A stretch of 37,756 nucleotides of DNA, taken from IMG/VR virus record IMGVR_UViG_3300045988_093993; one strand, given 5' to 3'. The notes below the pieces were generated by a model, which was given only the letters and a program-made list of their open reading frames with translations, was not told the DNA's origin and searched no databases. Shown here in pieces: positions 16,851-26,360 of this stretch (position 1 is the stretch's first letter; each line of letters opens with the position of its first letter). Origin of the DNA: a virus. The translations under genes were made by a program, and so were the position numbers.

Positions 16851-18404
16851 ATGAAGAAACGTGAGAAAATTGTTCAACAGGCGTTTCTTGATGATGAGGA
16901 ACGAGTGATCAAGAGACTGCAGTGTGTATATGGACAAGCGTTGAAAGACCTGACACAGAAATCCAATGATCTTCAGAAACAGATCTATCGGATTCAAGAA
17001 AAATACAATTCTGTTGAGGATGAAAAACAAAGGAAGCTCCTGCAGAGCCAGGAACGAGCAAAGGTCTACCAGAAAAGGTATCAGGATGCATTGAAAAAGC
17101 AGGTTGGCAGTATTCTGGATAAGATGCATAAAGAAGAATTCAAGACGGTTCAGCCATATCTAAACGAATGCTATGAGAAATCCTTTATTGGAAATATGTA
17201 TGTGCTGCATGAGGAAGGAATTCCACTGATTATTCCGATTGATCAGGAAAAGGTTGTACGTGCTGTGCAGTTGGACAGCAAGATCAGTGGTGGTCTGTAC
17301 CGCCGGTTAGGAGAAGATGTGGGTTTGCTGAAGCGCAGAATTACTGCGGAAGTAAGCCGAGGAATTGCTACGGGAATGAGTTACGACCAGATGGCGAGGC
17401 AGTTGGCAAGCCGGACAAAGATTGGTTATAATAATGCGGTTCGGATCACAAGGACAGAGGGACACAGAATCCAGCAGCAATCTACGATGGATGCCTGTTA
17501 TGCTGCAAGAGACCGGGGAGCTGATGTTGTAAAACAGTGGGATGCAGCTCTGGATGCAGCCACAAGGGAATCGCATCAGATGCTTGACGGACAGATCAGA
17601 GAGCTCGATGATAAGTTCAGCAACGGTCTGATGTATCCAGGAGATCCTTCCGGGAGTGCTGCAGAAGTGATAAATTGCAGATGTATTTTACTGCAGAGAG
17701 CACGATGGAAACTGGATTCCAAAGAGCTTGATCGGTTGGAGAAGAGAGCTTCTTTTTATGGTTTGAATAAAGAACAGGAGTTTGATGACTTCAGAGAAAA
17801 ATATCTGAAAGCTGTCGAAACAAAAGAAGAGGGAGCGTATTCGACAACAGTTAAGAGGATTGGAACCAATGAGGTTAATTTGGAGTATATAAAATCTGAA
17901 GCTTTCAGAAAGAAATTCAATAAGATTACTGAAAACACAGCAATCAATGATTCTTTAAGAAATTATGCAACGGCTATGTTGCTTCATAGAAACGGCACAG
18001 ATGGGGAAGACTTGTATATTATGGATTCCAAAGGAAAGTTATTGCTTCGGGAGATATCCGGTAAGAATGAACTTGGTGTTACTGTTTCAGCAGAAGATTC
18101 AGAGATGTTGAGAAAGAAAAATGGAGTTGTAGGAATACATAATCATCCAACAAATATACCGCCGACTGGAAGCGATTTTGTGGCTGCGGGATATCGAAAA
18201 TATATTTTCGGAATAGTAGTAACTCATGCTGGAAGGGTGTACAAATATAAAGTTGGAAATAAGCCATTTCTTCCAAGAATATTAGATGAGCGAATTGACA
18301 AATATATAAATACACCATATAATTTAGGCGTAGAGGAAGCTCATACAAGGGCATTAAATGAATTAGCGAAGGAGTATGGTGTAACATGGGAAGAGTTAAA
18401 ATAA
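16851..18404 (+). CDS. MuF/SPP1 gp7-like minor head protein with extra C-terminal JAB-like domain
   Basis: MuF core RITRTEGHRIQQQS ... ESHQMLDGQ ... INCRC. The added roughly 190-aa AT-richer tail contains GIHNHPTNIPPTGSD. Confidence 0.8.
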   Translation: MKKREKIVQQAFLDDEERVIKRLQCVYGQALKDLTQKSNDLQKQIYRIQEKYNSVEDEKQRKLLQSQERAKVYQKRYQDALKKQVGSILDKMHKEEFKTVQPYLNECYEKSFIGNMYVLHEEGIPLIIPIDQEKVVRAVQLDSKISGGLYRRLGEDVGLLKRRITAEVSRGIATGMSYDQMARQLASRTKIGYNNAVRITRTEGHRIQQQSTMDACYAARDRGADVVKQWDAALDAATRESHQMLDGQIRELDDKFSNGLMYPGDPSGSAAEVINCRCILLQRARWKLDSKELDRLEKRASFYGLNKEQEFDDFREKYLKAVETKEEGAYSTTVKRIGTNEVNLEYIKSEAFRKKFNKITENTAINDSLRNYATAMLLHRNGTDGEDLYIMDSKGKLLLREISGKNELGVTVSAEDSEMLRKKNGVVGIHNHPTNIPPTGSDFVAAGYRKYIFGIVVTHAGRVYKYKVGNKPFLPRILDERIDKYINTPYNLGVEEAHTRALNELAKEYGVTWEELK

Positions 18405-18523
18405 ATTCCTATTTAGATGTTGTTATTTCGCATCCGGATATGACACCGGAAGAAAGAGAAGAAGAACTTCAGCGACTGAAAGAGGAAAGTGATAAATTAA
18501 CAGACTGGCCGGAGATTTTTTAG
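18386..18523 (+). CDS. Possible 45-aa acidic ORF overlapping the MuF 3' end
   Basis: ATG 18386, hand translation MGRVKINSYLDVVISHPDMTPEEREEELQRLKEESDKLTDWPEIF, stop 18521..18523. AAGGAG lies 11 nt upstream. Confidence 0.3.
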   Translation: MGRVKINSYLDVVISHPDMTPEEREEELQRLKEESDKLTDWPEIF

Positions 18524-18654
18524 TACCACTGATCAGAAATGGTTGGTGGTATTTTTATACTCATTTTTAAGAAAGGATACGGTGATCCGATAATCTCGCA
18601 GCTATGCGTTAAATAGTGGGTGGCTGGGCGGCAGAATAAGGATAGAGTGATTTG

Positions 18655-18678
18655 GGACATCTCAGGATGTCCTTTTTT
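18655..18678 (+). terminator. Strong rho-independent terminator in a non-coding gap
   Basis: GGACATC-TCAG-GATGTCC followed by TTTTTT. Confidence 0.8.
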
Positions 18679-18768
18679 GATGCCATTTCATCCGCAGGGA
18701 TGTAAAACACTTATTCCACGAAATCATGGACGAGACATGTAAAAAGCGTAAGAAAGGGGAAATACAAA

Positions 18769-19371
18769 ATGACATTAGAAGAATTATTGAAAGCAAAAGG
18801 ATTAACAGACGATCAGATCAAGGCAATTCTTGATGGAATGAAGGAGAATAAGATATTCACCGCATCGGAAGAGAATCTTGATATCCGTTATGGAAAACTG
18901 AAGACAGATTATGATAATCTGACAACTCAGAATGGGGAAGCTACGAAACTCATTGAACAGTTGAAAAAAGGGACAAAGAATAGTGATGAACTTCAGGGGA
19001 AGATTACTGCCTACGAGACACAGGTGGAGACACTGACAAAGCAGTTGAATGAGGAAAGACTGGAATCTGCATTAAAAGTGGCACTTATGGGAGCCAAGAC
19101 AGATGATGTTGCATATATGGCATTCAAGCTGAAAGAAGGCGGAGATCTTGAACTGGACGACAACGGAAATATCAAAGGAATCGATGAGAAGATTGCCGGT
19201 TTAAAAACTCAGTTTCCAACTCATTTTGAGACTACAGGGGATAGAGGCAATGGAACAACACCAAGAGCGATCGATCCGAAGCCTTTACCGACTGGTGAAC
19301 ATGACACAGGAGCAAAACCTAAAGATCTGGCTGATGCAATCCGGATGCAGTACGAAGACACACAGAAATAG
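18769..19371 (+). CDS. Scaffolding protein (GP20/DUF4355-like)
   Basis: Coiled-coil, acidic, located directly before the capsid gene. The N-terminus LEELLKAKGLTDDQIKAIL is typical. Confidence 0.7.
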   Translation: MTLEELLKAKGLTDDQIKAILDGMKENKIFTASEENLDIRYGKLKTDYDNLTTQNGEATKLIEQLKKGTKNSDELQGKITAYETQVETLTKQLNEERLESALKVALMGAKTDDVAYMAFKLKEGGDLELDDNGNIKGIDEKIAGLKTQFPTHFETTGDRGNGTTPRAIDPKPLPTGEHDTGAKPKDLADAIRMQYEDTQK

Positions 19372-19394
19372 AAAGGTTAAAAATGGTGAATTGA

Positions 19395-20393
19395 ATGGCA
19401 CTTTTATTAAAAGACATGATAGAAGGCGTATCTGATAAGGTGGCTGAGCAGGTTGTTGATACATTTCTGAGAGAATCAGAAATTTTACAGATGTTACCTT
19501 TTGACAATACAGTAAGTCCGCAGGGTGGCTCAACGTTGACATACAGCTATCTGCAGACACAGATTCCATCTACAGCAGCATTCAGAAGACTGAATGAAGA
19601 ATACAAAGACAGTGAAGCAAAACTCGTTAAGAAGTCTGCAGATCTTAAAATCTTCGGTGGAAAGTTCAAGATGGACCGTGTGCTGAAGCAGTCTGAAAAT
19701 AAATTCAATAATATGGCGTTCCAGATGGAACAGAAAATCCGGGCAGCTGTATCACTGTTCCACTACACTCTGATCAATGGTGATTCCACAACCCAGACGG
19801 AATCCTTTGACGGACTGGACAAAATGCTTGCTGGCACTACGACAGAATTTAATACAAGCACTGTAATTGATGTGTCTGATCTTACAAAGATGAAATCCAA
19901 TGCAGATCAGTTGTATGAGATGCTGCAGATCCTGATCCGGGAGACAGGAGCGGATGCGTTACTGATGAATGCCGGTATGATTTCCAAAGTACAGACAATG
20001 GCACGTATCCTGGGATATAAGACAGAAACAGAAGAGGCATTTGGCAAGAAAGTAACATCAATGGATGGTGTCAGATTTATGGATCTGAAGGATCATTACA
20101 CAGTAGAAGGCGGAACAACTGTTACGGCAAACGCATGTGTCAAAAATAATATTTCCAGAACAGTATCCGGATCATCCGCTACTACTGGTCTGACAGATAT
20201 TTACGCTGTTAAGTTTGACGTGAATGATGGATTCCATGCAGCTACCATTACCGGAAGCTCTGCTATCAGTCAGTATCTTCCAGATTTTAATCAGCCGGGG
20301 GCTGTAAAAGACGGAGAGGTTGAGATGGTAGCCGCTACGGTACTGAAAAATACAAAGCATGCAGGCGTAATTAGAAACGTAAAAATTGCGTAG
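19395..20393 (+). CDS. Major capsid protein
   Basis: 332 aa, follows the scaffold gene. Position and size. Confidence 0.75.
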   Translation: MALLLKDMIEGVSDKVAEQVVDTFLRESEILQMLPFDNTVSPQGGSTLTYSYLQTQIPSTAAFRRLNEEYKDSEAKLVKKSADLKIFGGKFKMDRVLKQSENKFNNMAFQMEQKIRAAVSLFHYTLINGDSTTQTESFDGLDKMLAGTTTEFNTSTVIDVSDLTKMKSNADQLYEMLQILIRETGADALLMNAGMISKVQTMARILGYKTETEEAFGKKVTSMDGVRFMDLKDHYTVEGGTTVTANACVKNNISRTVSGSSATTGLTDIYAVKFDVNDGFHAATITGSSAISQYLPDFNQPGAVKDGEVEMVAATVLKNTKHAGVIRNVKIA

Positions 20394-20411
20394 TCGAAAG
20401 GGGAATGTACA

Positions 20412-20618
20412 ATGGTAGCGAAGAAAAAGGAAGAGCTGAAAACATACAGGGTTAAAGTGAAAGATAATCCGGGATATTGCGGTGAAGGTGCCGGTGGTGC
20501 ACAGTTTGCACATGGATTAGCGTTGATCACAAGTGACCGACTTGCAGCATGGTTCAGAGAACATGAAGGATATACTGTGGAAGAAGTAGAAAAACCAGAA
20601 GAAAGTGCTGATGTCTAG
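20412..20618 (+). CDS. Small head-associated hypothetical protein
   Basis: 68-aa ORF between the capsid and connector genes. Confidence 0.45.
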   Translation: MVAKKKEELKTYRVKVKDNPGYCGEGAGGAQFAHGLALITSDRLAAWFREHEGYTVEEVEKPEESADV

Positions 20619-20641
20619 GAGTAGAGAGGACGGCGATTCGT

Positions 20642-21175
20642 ATGATTCTGTCAGTTGATGAGGCAAAAAAACTTATCGGGTTTAATGGCTGGTCTGATGA
20701 AAGGATTGAGAGAAAGCTTAAATCCATTGAACAGACTATCAGATCTTATACAAATAATAGTTTTCAGAATCGGTGTGTCCGGGCAGAAACGATGGCAGAC
20801 AATAATGTACTTTATGCGGCGAATGGTATCCCAGGCCTTATAACCGGGGATACCGTACAACTGTCAGAAAGTATGTATAACAATGGACTGTATGTTGTGA
20901 AAGATATTGAAGATAACCGAATTACATTGGACGGAGATCTTACAAATGAAGAGCATGTACTGCTTACGAAGGTTGTGTATCCGGATGATGTGATTGATTG
21001 CTGCATCAATTTGTGCGAGTGGGAGGTAAAGAACCGAGGAAAAGTTGGTGTGAAATCCGAAACTTTATCCCGACATTCCGTAACTTATTTTGATCAGGAT
21101 GCAAGCAATCAGGTAAATGGTTATCCTGTGAGCCTCCTTGGGTGTCTGAAACCATATCGGAAGGCGAGGTGTTGA
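20642..21175 (+). CDS. Head-tail connector (gp6-like)
   Basis: The N-terminus LSVDEAKKLIGF...IEQTIRSYTNN is typical. Position. Confidence 0.6.
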   Translation: MILSVDEAKKLIGFNGWSDERIERKLKSIEQTIRSYTNNSFQNRCVRAETMADNNVLYAANGIPGLITGDTVQLSESMYNNGLYVVKDIEDNRITLDGDLTNEEHVLLTKVVYPDDVIDCCINLCEWEVKNRGKVGVKSETLSRHSVTYFDQDASNQVNGYPVSLLGCLKPYRKARC

Positions 21176-21177
21176 TC

Positions 21178-21534
21178 ATGTCGGAGATTGGTGGAAACCA
21201 GATCGCAGTCTTGCAGGTAAAGAGTGAAGATGGAACAGATGTGATCGGCAACCCGTTGATTGATTGGAAAGAAGTTGGTTCTTATCCGGGATGGCTTGAT
21301 TTAGTGTCTGGAAGCTCACCTATCCAGAATTATAATGCCAAGATAGCAGAGTCGAGCCATTACTTTTTGACAGATTATAGTAAGAATCTGGCTGATCAGG
21401 ACCCGGAGATATCCAGAATGTTGATTGATGGAAAAATCTATGATGTACAGTGGATAGACGATCCAATGGGAATGCATGAGCATTTGGAAATTTATCTGAA
21501 AGCTGTCGGAGGTATTGGAAATGGCACTGATTGA
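21178..21534 (+). CDS. Head closure / head-tail adaptor protein (start ATG 21178)
   Basis: GAGGTG RBS. Position and size. Confidence 0.55.
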   Translation: MSEIGGNQIAVLQVKSEDGTDVIGNPLIDWKEVGSYPGWLDLVSGSSPIQNYNAKIAESSHYFLTDYSKNLADQDPEISRMLIDGKIYDVQWIDDPMGMHEHLEIYLKAVGGIGNGTD

Positions 21535-21997
21535 GTTTGAGAATAACACAGATGAGATCATTGAGGAAATGAGGCACAAGGCTCTCGCTTGGTTGGAAGA
21601 AGCAGGTGGCGATATTCAGTCTCAGGTAGCATCGAATTCGAGGAGAGCTTCCGGTGAGACAGCTGGAAGCTTCCAACACAAGGTTGATGAAGAATCCATG
21701 GTTTGTTCAATCGGTTCCTCTCTTGAAAATGCTGTATGGGAAGAGTTCGGGACCGGTGAGTATGCATTACATGGAGATGGACGAGCTGGAGCGTGGTACG
21801 TTCCGGTAAAATCCTATACAGGAAAAAAGAAACCTACATTTAACGGAAAAGTTGTTATCGTTCACGGCAAGAATGGAGTGGATTTTTATAAGACCAACGG
21901 TAAGCGTGGAACGAGAGCATTATTTAATGCTTTTAATTCCATGAAACCAGAAATCGTGAACAATGCAAAAATAGATTTTAAGGATTTGGGTGAATGA
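21521..21997 (+). CDS. HK97 gp10-like tail component (start ATG 21521)
   Basis: GGAGG lies 8 nt upstream. Position in the head-tail joining block. Confidence 0.55.
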   Translation: MALIEFENNTDEIIEEMRHKALAWLEEAGGDIQSQVASNSRRASGETAGSFQHKVDEESMVCSIGSSLENAVWEEFGTGEYALHGDGRAGAWYVPVKSYTGKKKPTFNGKVVIVHGKNGVDFYKTNGKRGTRALFNAFNSMKPEIVNNAKIDFKDLGE

Positions 21998-22379
21998 TAT
22001 GACAAATGAAATACTGGAATACATGAACCTGAAATTGAAAGAATTGCTTCCATATCAATACTATGAATGGAGCACAAAAGCAGTCTATCCGTACTGGATA
22101 GGTGAATACTCTGAGATTCCATCCAATACAGAGGATGGATTAGGAGAGGACACAATGATGATAACAGGAACAACAAAAGGCAGCGTGATAGACCTTGAAA
22201 ATGGGAAAGAGATTCTTCGGAAAGCTTTTTCAACAATCAAAGGTTATCACGCTGTTCTTGATTCCGGGACACACATTCTTGTGTTTTATGATACAGCAAC
22301 CAGTATTCCGACAGACGGGAATGATATCAAACGGTTGCAGGTGAATTTGCAGATTAAAAGTTGGAAGGTGAATGAATAA
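21990..22379 (+). CDS. Tail completion-type protein (start 21990 GTG or 21999 ATG)
   Basis: Position immediately before the major tail gene. Confidence 0.45.
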   Translation: MNDMTNEILEYMNLKLKELLPYQYYEWSTKAVYPYWIGEYSEIPSNTEDGLGEDTMMITGTTKGSVIDLENGKEILRKAFSTIKGYHAVLDSGTHILVFYDTATSIPTDGNDIKRLQVNLQIKSWKVNE

Positions 22380-23023
22380 TGGCAAATGAATGGACAAGTT
22401 GGAAAGAGCATGGAATTACCAAAGACACGCCAGATTCCATTTTGTTTGGAGCAGGAACAATCCATCAAGGATTGGAATTTTCTGGTGAGAAATGGAATTT
22501 TGCGGAATCGATTATCGGTGCAACTAATGGCGGATCAAAGCTGTCTATGAAGCCAGAGGTGCAGGATATTGAGGTTGATGGAAAATTTATTAAAGCAAAG
22601 GGGTTAATGGTTAAAGTTGGTGAAAGCGCAACGATGGAAATTAACTTTGCCGAGATTAACCCGGAGATCATCAAAAAAGGATTGATTGCAGGGGAGGGGA
22701 TCTCTTCGGCAAAAGGATATAAAGTGTTGGAGGGTAAGCCGGATATTGAGGAAGGAGATTATTTTGAAAACTTCGCATTTGTGGGAAGGACAGTATCAAA
22801 GAAGCCTATCATTGTTGTTTTTGATTATGCTTTATGCACGTCCGGATTTGAACTGGATCCGAAGCATAAGTCTCAGGCATCACCGGCAGTTACGGTTGAA
22901 TGTGTAGGAGATGTTAAACAGGATGATACCCTGAAAGTATTACCTTATCACATTTATTACCCGGATCCGGCAGCTTCCCAGTCTGTAGAAAAGAACGTTT
23001 CTGATAAAGCTGTAGTTGATTAG
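22379..23023 (+). CDS. Major tail protein
   Basis: 214 aa, precedes the chaperone pair and tape measure. TAATG overlap. Confidence 0.65.
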   Translation: MANEWTSWKEHGITKDTPDSILFGAGTIHQGLEFSGEKWNFAESIIGATNGGSKLSMKPEVQDIEVDGKFIKAKGLMVKVGESATMEINFAEINPEIIKKGLIAGEGISSAKGYKVLEGKPDIEEGDYFENFAFVGRTVSKKPIIVVFDYALCTSGFELDPKHKSQASPAVTVECVGDVKQDDTLKVLPYHIYYPDPAASQSVEKNVSDKAVVD

Positions 23024-23079
23024 GCAGAGGACGAAGAATAGCAGAAGGCAGAAAATAAGGAAAGGAAGGATTGTAAGAG

Positions 23080-23508
23080 ATGGTAGAAAGAAATTATGAG
23101 CTGAGGACTTTATGCGCGGATGATATTTTTCCAATGGTGAAAATTATTTCCAAGATTGGCATTGATGATATTGCAAATTGCTTTGATGCTAAAGAAATGT
23201 CTGAGGTCATGGAAGCAATGAAGCCGGCAGAAGACGAGGAATCAGAAGTAGGAACTGCTGAAAAAGCGAATGAGCTGCTTACACAGCAGATCGGAATCAG
23301 AGTTGTAATGAAACTGGTAGGACTTCTGATGAAGAATCTGGGAAATATCAAAGGTGATTTATACAAGTTCCTGGAAGGAGTATCTGGAATGAAGGAACAG
23401 GAGATTGCGAAGCTCCCACTTGGAACATTTACACAGATGATCATCGATATTTTCAAAAAAGAAGAGTTCGGTGATTTTTTTCGGGTTGTATCAGGATTAG
23501 TCAAGTAG
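23080..23508 (+). CDS. Tail assembly chaperone (gpG analogue)
   Basis: Acidic 142-aa protein upstream of the tape measure. It ends just after a T7 slippery run. Confidence 0.7.
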   Translation: MVERNYELRTLCADDIFPMVKIISKIGIDDIANCFDAKEMSEVMEAMKPAEDEESEVGTAEKANELLTQQIGIRVVMKLVGLLMKNLGNIKGDLYKFLEGVSGMKEQEIAKLPLGTFTQMIIDIFKKEEFGDFFRVVSGLVK

Positions 23509-23810
23509 GGAGATTTGAAGTCCTGGATCAGATCTTTAAAAGATACAATGATCCGTTTCGTATGTTGGACGCATATATAAAAACCGGTTGCTTTGTAGAA
23601 TTTCTTTTGAATTTTGAAGAGGCGTACAACAAGGAACTGAGATGGGAAGTTTATCTGCATAAGGTGTGGGATAAGACGTTCAATGAGTTTGAAGAGGGAG
23701 TAGCTGAAGAAACGCATCGGATTGAGACATCTCACATGAGCGAGTCTGAGCAGGAAAATGTTGTTTTGGATAGTATATCTATCTTGCAATCCTTTCAGCC
23801 TTCGGAGTAG
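23080..23810 (+). CDS. Tail assembly chaperone -1 frameshift product (gpGT analogue; shift at 23475..23481)
   Basis: The -1 frame is open from 23475 to 23810 (checked codon by codon). T TTT TTT is in the correct X XXY YYZ phase. Confidence 0.65.
23475..23481 (+). promoter_or_regulatory. Programmed -1 ribosomal frameshift slippery heptamer TTTTTTT
   Basis: Seven T residues. Zero-frame codons TTT TTT at 23476..23481. Confidence 0.65.
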
Positions 23811-23822
23811 GAGAGGTGACGA

Positions 23823-26360
23823 ATGGATTTATTTAAACTTGTCGGTACGATTGCAATTGATACCGCCAAAGCAGAAAAGTCATTGGATGATGTTAGTAAA
23901 CAGGTCAATGACACAGAAAAGGTTGTCTCTGAAGGCTGTGATAAAGTAAAAGAATCCTCCGAAAAAGCCGGAAGTAGTGCTGAAAAAGCCGGAAGAAAAG
24001 TAGAGGAATCCGGAAAAAAAGGAAGAAAAGCCGGAGAGGATAACAAAAAAAGTGGGGAAGAAACCGAGAAGAGCGGAAATAAATGGGTAGAGTTTGGGAA
24101 GAAGGTTGAAGCCGCTGGTACAAAGGTTACAGGAGTTGGCAAAAAGATTTCATCTGCTGGCGGTGAAGTTGTAAAACTGGGAAAGAAATTTGCTCCTGTA
24201 TCTGCGGCAGCGACTGGAGCACTTACGGTTGTTACAAAGACATCTTCTGATTTCCAGAATGGTATGGCGAAGATGTCAACCTTATTTGATACTTCACAGG
24301 TGTCTGTTCAGAAATTATCCAAAGAATTTCTTAATCTGTCAAATGAGACAGGAAGGGGGGCAACTGAGCTCACTGAAGCCGGATACCAGGCACTGTCAGC
24401 TTCTGTTCCGGTCGAGAAACTGGGAAGCTTTATCCGAACATCTGCAAATATGGCAAAAGTCGGATTTACCGATACGGCAACATCTGTAGATTTGTTATCT
24501 ACAGCGGTAAATGCCTATGGTTTGGAAGCTGATCAGGCAGATAATATTGCGAATAAACTTGTAAATACGCAGAATCTGGGTAAAACCTCAGTCAATGAAC
24601 TGGCATCTAGCATGGGTAAAGTAATCCCGACAGCTGCAGGGATGAATGTCAATCTGGATCAGCTGTGTACGATGTACACGCTCATGACGAAACAGGGTAT
24701 CGCAACAGCGGAATCTACTACATACATGAACAGCATGCTCAATGAGCTTGGTGATTCTGGTACAGATGTAGGGGGAATTCTGAAAGAGAAGACCGGAAAA
24801 TCTTTCCAGGATCTGATGAAAGATGGAATGTCTGTTGGTGATGCACTGAAGCTTATAAAACAAAGTTCTGATGAAACTGGAACAGCGTTTAATGAATTAT
24901 GGAGCAGTCAGGAAGCTGGAAAGGCTGCAATGGCTCTTTTGAATGACTCTGCCGGAGATTTCAATGAAACAATGGGATCAATGGCAAATGTTACAGATCT
25001 TGTTAGTCAGGGACTTGAAAAGATGGATACCCCGTCCGCAAAAGTATCTAAATCACTGAACAGGATTAAGAACAGTGGAGTCGAACTTGGATCGGTTCTT
25101 TTAACAACGGTTACACCTTATATTGAGGTGTTTTCGCAAAAGGTCATAGAACTTACAAACAAATTCAATGCAATGCCAGATAGTCAGAAAAAGGTTATCC
25201 TGGTATTGCTTGCTATTGTTGCAGCCGTAACACCGGTACTCCTTGTTGTAGGGAAAGTGATTACAGCTTTTGGTCAGGTATATTCTATAGCAGGAAAACT
25301 GGTTACGGGTCTTGGAAAACTGTGGGGTGTATTTGCGGTGAATCCAGTGCTTATTGTAGTGGCGGTCCTAGCTGCAATTGTGGCGGCTTTTATACATTTG
25401 TGGAACACTTCAGAATCATTCAGGAATTTCTGGATTAACCTGTGGAATGGAATAACCAGTACACTATCCTCTGCGTGGGAAACGATCAAGAATATAATTA
25501 CAGTCGGCATTATGCTGATTGCCAGTATTATCAGTGCGGCAGTTCAGATCATAACTCTTCCATGGAGGTTTATATGGGAGAATTGCAAAGAATATATTAT
25601 TGAAGCATGGGATTATATCAAGGCAGCAGTTTCATCTGCACTTGGCGTTATATCTAGTGTAATCAGTAATGCCTGGAATATCATTGCAAATTACTTGACG
25701 CGTATTCTGAGTAATATTAAGAATAAGTTTGTCAGCGAATGGAATGCGATAAAATCCCATGTATCCAGTGCAATAAATGGGATTAAGTCCAGTATATCAA
25801 ATGGTCTTAATGGTGCAAAATCGACAGTAACTGGTGTATTGAACAGTATCAGGTCCGCATTTTCTTCTGTGTGGGATGGCTGCAAAAATATAGTTGGTAA
25901 TGCAATTGGTCATATTAAGTCACTCATGAATTTCTCATGGAGCTTGCCGAGTTTGAAATTACCACATTTCAGTATTTCTGGAAAATTCTCACTTCATCCA
26001 CCGTCTGTTCCGAAGCTTGGAATTGAATGGTACAAAAAGGCAATGGACGATGGTATGATCATGAATCAGCCGACTATTTTCGGTTACAACGCTAAGTCAA
26101 ATCAGTTCTTGGCAGGCGGTGAAGCCGGAAGTGAAACAGTAGTTGGTACACAGAATCTGATGGACATGATTCAGGAAGCTGTGAATAATGCCGGAAGTGG
26201 AAATGGTGACAGTGAAGCAACCCGTGCATTACTGGAAGCAATCTTTAATTGGATGCGGAATGGTGGATTGTATAAACTGCTGATTGATGTCCTGACGAAC
26301 GGTGTAGAATTTGAATTTGACAATAGAGAAATTGCAAGGTTGGTGAAAAAGTATGCTTGA
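23823..26360 (+). CDS. Tape measure protein
   Basis: 845 aa, the longest tail gene, with TM-like segments mid-protein. Position. Confidence 0.9.
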   Translation: MDLFKLVGTIAIDTAKAEKSLDDVSKQVNDTEKVVSEGCDKVKESSEKAGSSAEKAGRKVEESGKKGRKAGEDNKKSGEETEKSGNKWVEFGKKVEAAGTKVTGVGKKISSAGGEVVKLGKKFAPVSAAATGALTVVTKTSSDFQNGMAKMSTLFDTSQVSVQKLSKEFLNLSNETGRGATELTEAGYQALSASVPVEKLGSFIRTSANMAKVGFTDTATSVDLLSTAVNAYGLEADQADNIANKLVNTQNLGKTSVNELASSMGKVIPTAAGMNVNLDQLCTMYTLMTKQGIATAESTTYMNSMLNELGDSGTDVGGILKEKTGKSFQDLMKDGMSVGDALKLIKQSSDETGTAFNELWSSQEAGKAAMALLNDSAGDFNETMGSMANVTDLVSQGLEKMDTPSAKVSKSLNRIKNSGVELGSVLLTTVTPYIEVFSQKVIELTNKFNAMPDSQKKVILVLLAIVAAVTPVLLVVGKVITAFGQVYSIAGKLVTGLGKLWGVFAVNPVLIVVAVLAAIVAAFIHLWNTSESFRNFWINLWNGITSTLSSAWETIKNIITVGIMLIASIISAAVQIITLPWRFIWENCKEYIIEAWDYIKAAVSSALGVISSVISNAWNIIANYLTRILSNIKNKFVSEWNAIKSHVSSAINGIKSSISNGLNGAKSTVTGVLNSIRSAFSSVWDGCKNIVGNAIGHIKSLMNFSWSLPSLKLPHFSISGKFSLHPPSVPKLGIEWYKKAMDDGMIMNQPTIFGYNAKSNQFLAGGEAGSETVVGTQNLMDMIQEAVNNAGSGNGDSEATRALLEAIFNWMRNGGLYKLLIDVLTNGVEFEFDNREIARLVKKYA

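Noticed and set aside
18138-18149. H-N-H in the MuF C-terminal domain read as an HNH endonuclease motif.
   Set aside because: No flanking Cys pairs or beta-beta-alpha-Me context. The HNHP...SD context fits JAB/RadC-like sites better, though that call is also tentative.
23094-23789. 231-aa minus-strand ORF opposite the tail chaperone genes. Similar long antisense ORFs occur at 28156..28809, 5088..5606, 10679..11185, 7608..8093 and 33816..34415.
   Set aside because: All lie antisense to well-supported genes with recognisable motifs. They lack RBSs, and their translations are low-complexity (Ser/Leu/Phe-rich). They are shadow ORFs.
23940-24080. Repetitive GAAAAAGCCGGAAG-type DNA and EKAG/KKSG peptide repeats at the tape-measure N-terminus.
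   Set aside because: This is a compositional low-complexity coding repeat typical of tape measure proteins. It is not a CRISPR array or an independent element.
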